Positions 27,779 to 32,000 of a stretch of 32,000 bases of DNA are shown here, one piece after another. The translations under genes were made by a program, and so were the position numbers. Below the pieces are notes generated by a model. The model did no database searches, had not been told where the DNA came from, and saw only the letters and a list, made by a program, of their open reading frames with translations. This DNA comes from Pseudomonas aeruginosa (lineage in GTDB: Bacteria; Pseudomonadota; Gammaproteobacteria; Pseudomonadales; Pseudomonadaceae): positions 4,200,001 through 4,232,000 of the forward strand of contig NZ_LN831024.1 in the NCBI RefSeq assembly GCF_001457615.1. Direction: 5' to 3'. Position 1 is the first letter of the stretch; each line of letters begins with the position of its first letter.

Positions 27779-28768
27779 TTAATCTCTAGCTTCCTTCTGC
27801 GCAAATGCAGCCCACTTACTAAAACGATTGCCATCAATAGTAGCAGCCTCAGCTATTGTTCCTGCAAGTTTTCTTTTAAGCTCATTTTTTGTGTAGCCGT
27901 AGTCAGGACTCTTTCCATCGAGAGCATCAGAAATTCGCCGAGCCGCCATGAGTCGAGCAAACGGGACGACAAGCTCACCGTTTAGTTTAACTACCCCGGT
28001 AATATGCGCAGGAGCGCCAAATCTAAAAACCTTTGTTTTTTCTATCGCCAGTTTGTAGCCATACCTGCTTACAATTATCTTTAGCTTAGACTTAAGCTCG
28101 CGAGGTATTCGGTCACCAGAGAAAGTTAAATCATCTATATAGCAGGTGAATTTTAGATCATATGTTTCTGCAAGCGCCGCGCACTCATCAAACATACCCT
28201 TGGCAACCCAAAAGGATAACAACGGGCTAAGCAAACTGCCTGTAGGCATAACTCCATCGCAGGTAACTAGGCGTGCTAATTTTCCTGCAATATCTGTTGG
28301 GCATTTCAATGCCCCTAAAAAAAACTCGTGAACCAAATGATATTTAGTGGACTCATAAAACTTACTTATATCGAAGGTTGCTGTCTGCCTTGATCTGGCA
28401 TGAAACGCAGCATTTGTTTGATAAGATCGCCCTTTTACTGCGCCTTGCACATAGTCCGGATATTTTACACGACGAAGAAAAGAAAAGATCTTAGCATGGA
28501 CCCGCCGAAGCCTATTCATAGGCACTTGGACTGCGCGCTTTTTCCGGGGCTTTTTAGTGAATGGGTTCTCAGACTGGGAAATTGTGAATTTCTTATAGTT
28601 ACTTTCGGACCTTAATAGCAGTCGTAGGTCTTGCAAGCTAAGACCTAAGATTTCCGCCAGGCGTTTTTCCGATCCGATCTTGTAAAGCCTGCACTGATCT
28701 AATTCTAAACTGTTATCTGGCTTGCGCTCTACTCTTTTGCTTTTCCCTGGCTGCATTTCGCTTTTCAT
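27779..28768 (-). CDS. retron-type reverse transcriptase
   Basis: RT core: NAAFH (NAxxH retron motif, about 28400..28414), TATFDISKFYES, GVMPTGSLLSPLLSF, FTCYIDDLTFSG catalytic YIDD (28130..28141), HITGVVKLNGELVVP (VTG-like). The track ORF begins with a TTG; ATG at 28768 is the more likely start. Confidence 0.93.
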   Translation of the reverse strand: MKSEMQPGKSKRVERKPDNSLELDQCRLYKIGSEKRLAEILGLSLQDLRLLLRSESNYKKFTISQSENPFTKKPRKKRAVQVPMNRLRRVHAKIFSFLRRVKYPDYVQGAVKGRSYQTNAAFHARSRQTATFDISKFYESTKYHLVHEFFLGALKCPTDIAGKLARLVTCDGVMPTGSLLSPLLSFWVAKGMFDECAALAETYDLKFTCYIDDLTFSGDRIPRELKSKLKIIVSRYGYKLAIEKTKVFRFGAPAHITGVVKLNGELVVPFARLMAARRISDALDGKSPDYGYTKNELKRKLAGTIAEAATIDGNRFSKWAAFAQKEARD

Positions 28769-29039
28769 TCCATTCAAGCAAAGAAACAATAGTTTTAGCT
28801 ATTCCAAGGCGCAACGAGTCTGTTGGTCGAGGGGAGTTAAGATTTTCAGAGAAAAAAAGAATTGAAGATAAAGGGATGTCGAAGTAATCGCTATATTTCT
28901 GCAGCAGATCTATTGAGGGCTGCTTCTTACCTGATTCAATCTCAGACAAATATGAGTTTGAAAGGCCTAACTCAGCCGACAACTCGGTCTGGGACATATC
29001 GTAATAGGAACGGATTAATTTAAGTGCTTTGCACAGCAT
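28713..29039 (-). CDS. XRE/Cro-CI family HTH protein (retron-associated)
   Basis: LIRSYYDMSQTELSAELGLSNSYLSEIESGKKQPSIDLLQKYSDYFDIPLSSILFFSE; ATG at 29039 preceded by GAGG; 3' end overlaps the RT start (operonic). Confidence 0.88.
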   Translation of the reverse strand: MLCKALKLIRSYYDMSQTELSAELGLSNSYLSEIESGKKQPSIDLLQKYSDYFDIPLSSILFFSENLNSPRPTDSLRLGIAKTIVSLLEWNEKRNAAREKQKSRAQAR

Positions 29040-29077
29040 TTGCACACCTCATATGGATGTGGCAACAGCGGGGTAGG

Positions 29078-29245
29078 TTATTCATCAAGCCATGAAGCAA
29101 TCTTACTCCAAAACTTATCAATCAGTGGAAGCCATATCACAAGCAGCTTAACCAAGCTGAAACAAGCATTGAGTAGCTTAGATCGCTTCTTTGCCTTCTG
29201 TTTAACCAGGCACAGTTCTGCGGTTTTTTCGTCATTAGGTTGCAT
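29078..29245 (-). CDS. uncalled 55-aa small ORF, hydrophobic/basic, candidate effector/toxin
   Basis: MQPNDEKTAELCLVKQKAKKRSKLLNACFSLVKLLVIWLPLIDKFWSKIASWLDE*; ribosome-binding site AGGAG 9 nt upstream of ATG; lies between the structured leader and the HTH gene on the same strand. Confidence 0.65.
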   Translation of the reverse strand: MQPNDEKTAELCLVKQKAKKRSKLLNACFSLVKLLVIWLPLIDKFWSKIASWLDE

Positions 29246-29256
29246 TTAAAAGCTCC

Positions 29257-29510
29257 TGTAAGGGTTTGCGTTGGCTCACGGGTGTGAGCCAACCTCTCGA
29301 AGCAACCTTTACAAGCCCAATGACGGATGATTGAACTGTACTTTTCCCCCTCGCTGAAACCACCTGGCTTCGTGCTCTCGACGAAGCCTGACTAGGCCGA
29401 TCCGATGACACACGCGATACCACGCGCCACGTCGGGGCCAAAAATTAGAGACTCAAGGCCTCCACGGTGTCGAAGCACCAACAGCAATCGAGAAATCATC
29501 GACCGCAGAC
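29257..29510 (-). ncRNA. candidate retron msr-msd ncRNA (structured leader)
   Basis: Four substantial hairpins in about 250 nt 5' of the operon: 29466..29479, 29395..29439, 29366..29388, and a long msd-like hairpin 29257..29313 with 10-bp perfect apical stem; no credible ORF; correct position upstream of the RT operon. Confidence 0.6.
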
Positions 29511-29512
29511 TC

Positions 29513-29541
29513 ATAGTCTCAGGATGCTTCACGAAAGTCAA
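29513..29541 (-). promoter_or_regulatory. candidate sigma-70 promoter for ncRNA/retron operon
   Basis: Minus strand TTGACT (29541..29536) - 17 nt - GACTAT (29518..29513); -35 is 5/6, -10 is only 3/6 to consensus. Confidence 0.4.
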
Positions 29542-29572
29542 AATAATTTTCGCTGATAGCGAAATTATTTTT
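29540..29572. repeat. AT-rich inverted repeat
   Basis: AAAATAATTTTCGCT-gat-AGCGAAATTATTTTT, abutting the candidate -35 of the retron operon. Confidence 0.7.
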
Positions 29573-29585
29573 CATGGGAGATGTT

Positions 29586-29612
29586 GGCACGTGTCGAAAA
29601 AGTGTCGAAATC
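29586..29612. repeat. candidate attR (direct repeat with 18927..18953)
   Basis: 24/27 identity with the left copy; lies between the cargo and the DnaJ-related core gene. Confidence 0.6.
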
Positions 29613-29784
29613 ACTGGCTAACAATGGCCAGTAATGACCACATGATGAATCCCAACACAAGCCCCCCACCCAGCATTGCCTAGCGTTGGCCAGTTATGAC
29701 CAACACCCCAAACGGCTCTGCACTTCTACGCACAAAGCGACGCCGACCCCAGCCCCTCCCGACGCCCGATGCTAGTCTTGCCTC

Positions 29785-30378
29785 ATGACTCCCGACCTCG
29801 ACCACCGCCTCGACCTCGCCGGGCAGATCCTCTGCCTGCTGCGCGAGCATCCCGAGGGGCTTTCCGAATACCAGTTGATCCAGCTGCTGAAGGCCCGCCA
29901 TTCGACGCATATCCCCCATCGCGAACTGGCCGACAAGCTGGTGCTGTTCCGCACCCATTTCCTCCTGTTCAACGCGCTCTACCACCTGCGCGACCACCTC
30001 TGGGCCGAGCACGAGGCGCACCTGGAGATCAGCCCGCTGAGCCTGCGCCTGCATCCTTACGTGGATGGCACGCAGGCGCTGGAACAGGGCGATCCGCTGC
30101 GCGACTACTACCTCGACCTGCGTCACCTGGGGGAGACCAGCGAGGCCGACGTCGAGCGGCTGCTGCAGAGTTTCTGGACGCGCATGCAGGGCAGCGAGGA
30201 GAAGGCTGCCGCCCTCGCCCTGTTCGAGCTGGAGGGCGCGGTCGACTATCCCGCCATCAAGCTGCGCTACCGGCAACTGGTCAGCCAGCACCATCCCGAC
30301 CGCGGCGGCAGCACTGCGCGCCTGCAATCGATCAACAAGGCAATGGAAATACTGCAACGCTATTACAGCCGGCCGTGA
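29785..30378 (+). CDS. DnaJ-related / J-domain C-terminal protein
   Basis: DNAJ-related N-terminal domain and C-terminal J-domain DYPAIKLRYRQLVSQHHPDRGGSTARLQSINKAMEILQRYY (HPD motif). Confidence 0.9.
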   Translation: MTPDLDHRLDLAGQILCLLREHPEGLSEYQLIQLLKARHSTHIPHRELADKLVLFRTHFLLFNALYHLRDHLWAEHEAHLEISPLSLRLHPYVDGTQALEQGDPLRDYYLDLRHLGETSEADVERLLQSFWTRMQGSEEKAAALALFELEGAVDYPAIKLRYRQLVSQHHPDRGGSTARLQSINKAMEILQRYYSRP

Positions 30379-30397
30379 AGCTTCGATTTGCTCTAAA

Positions 30398-30414
30398 CCC
30401 GCGAGCGACGCGGG
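30398..30414. terminator. hairpin downstream of the DnaJ-related gene
   Basis: CCCGCG-agcga-CGCGGG perfect 6-bp stem 20 nt after the stop codon; no strong T tract. Confidence 0.35.
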
Positions 30415-30550
30415 CTCGGGCCGTTCCTATACTGCGACATAAGGTCGCATAGGTCGGCCGAGCACCGGGTGGCGCTGTCCATGCGCGCCCGGCGCTTCGC
30501 TGGGGGGCGACCACATAAGAACGAGGAGGAAACGGCATGATCCATCATGT

Positions 30551-31135
30551 ATGGGGCTCTTCACCCATCCCGATCAGGAATGGCAGGAAATCCGTGGCGA
30601 AGAAGAAAGCATCAGCCACATGTACCTGACCCACATCCTGATCCTGGCTGCCATTCCGGCGATTTCCGCCTATATCGGCACGACCCAGGTCGGCTGGGTG
30701 GTCGGCGGCGGCGATCCGGTCAAGTTGACCCAGGCCAGCGCGTTGCAGATGACGGTCCTCACCTACCTGGCGATGCTCGCCGGGGTGGCGGTGATGGGCG
30801 CGTTCATCCACTGGATGGCGCGGACCTACGACGCCAACCCGAGCCTGACCCAGTGCATCGTGTTCGCCGCCTACAACGCCACGCCGCTGTTCATCGCCGG
30901 GCTGGCGGCGCTGTATCCGCACCTCTGGCTGGGAATGATCGTCGGGGTGGCGGCGATCAGCTACACGGTCTACCTGCTCTACGTGGGGATTCCCACCTTC
31001 ATGAACATCCACAAGGACGAAGGCTTCCTGTTCTCCAGCTCGGTGCTGGCGGTGGGCCTGGTGGTGCTGGTGGCGATGATCGCCCTGTCGGTGATCCTCT
31101 GGGGCAGCGGGGTCGGCCCGGAATACACCAGCTGA
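30551..31135 (+). CDS. Yip1 family inner-membrane protein (YohC-like)
   Basis: MGLFTHPDQEWQEIRGEEESISHMYLTHILILAAIPAISAYIGTTQVGW with about five TM segments. Confidence 0.85.
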   Translation: MGLFTHPDQEWQEIRGEEESISHMYLTHILILAAIPAISAYIGTTQVGWVVGGGDPVKLTQASALQMTVLTYLAMLAGVAVMGAFIHWMARTYDANPSLTQCIVFAAYNATPLFIAGLAALYPHLWLGMIVGVAAISYTVYLLYVGIPTFMNIHKDEGFLFSSSVLAVGLVVLVAMIALSVILWGSGVGPEYTS

Positions 31136-31302
31136 CGTCCAGCGAACGCATCGTACGACCGGGCCGCGGGCAACCGCCGCCCGGTTTTTTCTTGCCCGCC
31201 GCCGCGCTTGCCTGATCCTGCACCCCGGACGAGCGGTCGTCCCGACGCCTGCGCCCGCCCTCCTGTCTCCGGCATAATCGCCCGCTGCTGGAGTCTTCCC
31301 GA

Positions 31303-31800
31303 ATGCCCGAACACCTCAACGCCCGCGTCGAGGCCTGCTATCGGCAGGCCGAACACTTCTTCCAACGCAGCTTCCCCCGCCCGACCGTCAGCTTCCGCCT
31401 GCGCGGCCAGAAAGCCGGGGTCGCCCATCTCGACGAGAACCTGCTGCGCTTCAATCCCCAGCTGTACCGCGAGAACCGCGAGCACTTCCTGGAACAGACC
31501 GTGGCCCACGAAGTCGCGCACCTGATCGCGCACCAGTTGTTCGGCCCACGCATCCGCCCCCACGGCGAGGAGTGGCAGTTGATCATGCGCGGCATCTACG
31601 GCCTGCCGCCGGACCGCTGCCACACCTACGCGGTCAAGCGCCGCGTCACCACCCGCTACCTGTACCGCTGCCATTGCCCGGAGCACAACGACTTCCCGTT
31701 CTCCCCGCAACGCCACACCCTGGTGGCCAAGGGGCGCCGCTACTACTGCCGGCGCTGCAAGGCGACCCTGGTGTTCACCGGCGAAGTGCTCCGCGAGTGA
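31303..31800 (+). CDS. sprT: SprT family zinc metalloprotease-like protein
   Basis: EQTVAHEVAHLIAHQLFG (HExxH) and C-terminal zinc-ribbon YRCHC...YYCRRCKATL. Confidence 0.88.
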   Translation: MPEHLNARVEACYRQAEHFFQRSFPRPTVSFRLRGQKAGVAHLDENLLRFNPQLYRENREHFLEQTVAHEVAHLIAHQLFGPRIRPHGEEWQLIMRGIYGLPPDRCHTYAVKRRVTTRYLYRCHCPEHNDFPFSPQRHTLVAKGRRYYCRRCKATLVFTGEVLRE

Positions 31801-31801
31801 T

Positions 31802-32000
31802 TCAGGCGATGGCCCCGGCCGCCTTCAGCTCGGCGATCCGTTCGGCGGAGTAGCCCAGGCCTTCGAGCACCGCCACGGTGTCGGCGCCGAGCGCCGCGCC
31901 GATGTGGCGAGGCGCCGGCAGGCCGGCGGAAAACTTGATCGGACAGGCCATCTGCGCCTGGCTGCCGCCGTCCGCCAGCGGCACCCGGGCGACCAGCCCG
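31802..32000 (-). CDS. CaiB/BaiF CoA-transferase family, C-terminal fragment (continues beyond window)
   Basis: RHIGAALGADTVAVLEGLGYSAERIAELKAAGAIA typical C-terminus; frame open to window end. Confidence 0.75.
   Translation of the reverse strand, partial: GLVARVPLADGGSQAQMACPIKFSAGLPAPRHIGAALGADTVAVLEGLGYSAERIAELKAAGAIA

Larger units (their letters stand above)
18915..29612. mobile_element. Pf1-family filamentous (inovirus) prophage with retron-like cargo
   Basis: Contiguous integrase, Rep, Zot, DUF2523-like, adsorption protein, Pf1-type coat, Pf1-type ssDNA-binding protein, Xis-like gene and repressor, bounded by 27-bp near-identical direct repeats. Confidence 0.9.

Noticed and set aside
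29040-29249. 69-aa plus-strand ORF antisense to the small ORF
   Set aside because: No recognisable ribosome-binding site or protein-like composition; the minus-strand 55-aa ORF has AGGAG and operonic context.
29405-29683. 92-aa plus-strand ORF across the candidate ncRNA, dyad and attR
   Set aside because: No plausible ribosome-binding site or domain; overlaps structured elements and a phage/chromosome junction.
29728-29737. TACGCACAAA matching 18854..18863 as an alternative att core
   Set aside because: Only 10 bp; the 27-bp repeats nearer the phage genes are much stronger. Kept as a fallback only, since an empty-site comparison would decide.
30427-30454. Palindrome around TGCGAC-ataag-GTCGCA between the DnaJ-related and Yip1 genes
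   Set aside because: Short imperfect dyad typical of intergenic repeats in this genus; not enough evidence for a specific function.

Overview
High-GC Pseudomonas (P. aeruginosa-like) chromosome segment carrying a Pf1-family filamentous prophage of about 10.7 kb. It runs from about 18.9 to 29.6 kb, between ttcA and a DnaJ-related gene. The flanking genes look like ordinary core genome: hydrolase, pirins, DedA-rhodanese fusion, FAD monooxygenase, CPA2 antiporter, FMN reductase, OsmC, isochorismatase-like hydrolase, LysR, O-methyltransferase, two NlpC/P60 lipoproteins, sirtuin, ddaR/ddaH, APC permease, ttcA, DnaJ-related, Yip1-like, SprT and CaiB/BaiF-like genes. The prophage has an integrase, replication initiator, Zot/g1p, DUF2523-like minor coat protein, Gly-rich adsorption protein, major coat protein, ssDNA-binding protein, Xis-like regulator and C-type repressor, with an operator-like repeat cluster. 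The most interesting part is the AT-rich cargo at its right end, all on the minus strand: a highly structured non-coding leader, a previously uncalled 55-aa hydrophobic/basic small ORF, an XRE-family HTH protein, and a retron-type reverse transcriptase with NAxxH, YIDD and ITG motifs. I interpret this as a phage-borne, HTH-associated retron-like defence or toxin-antitoxin system. The ncRNA boundaries, msDNA production and function cannot be established from sequence alone.
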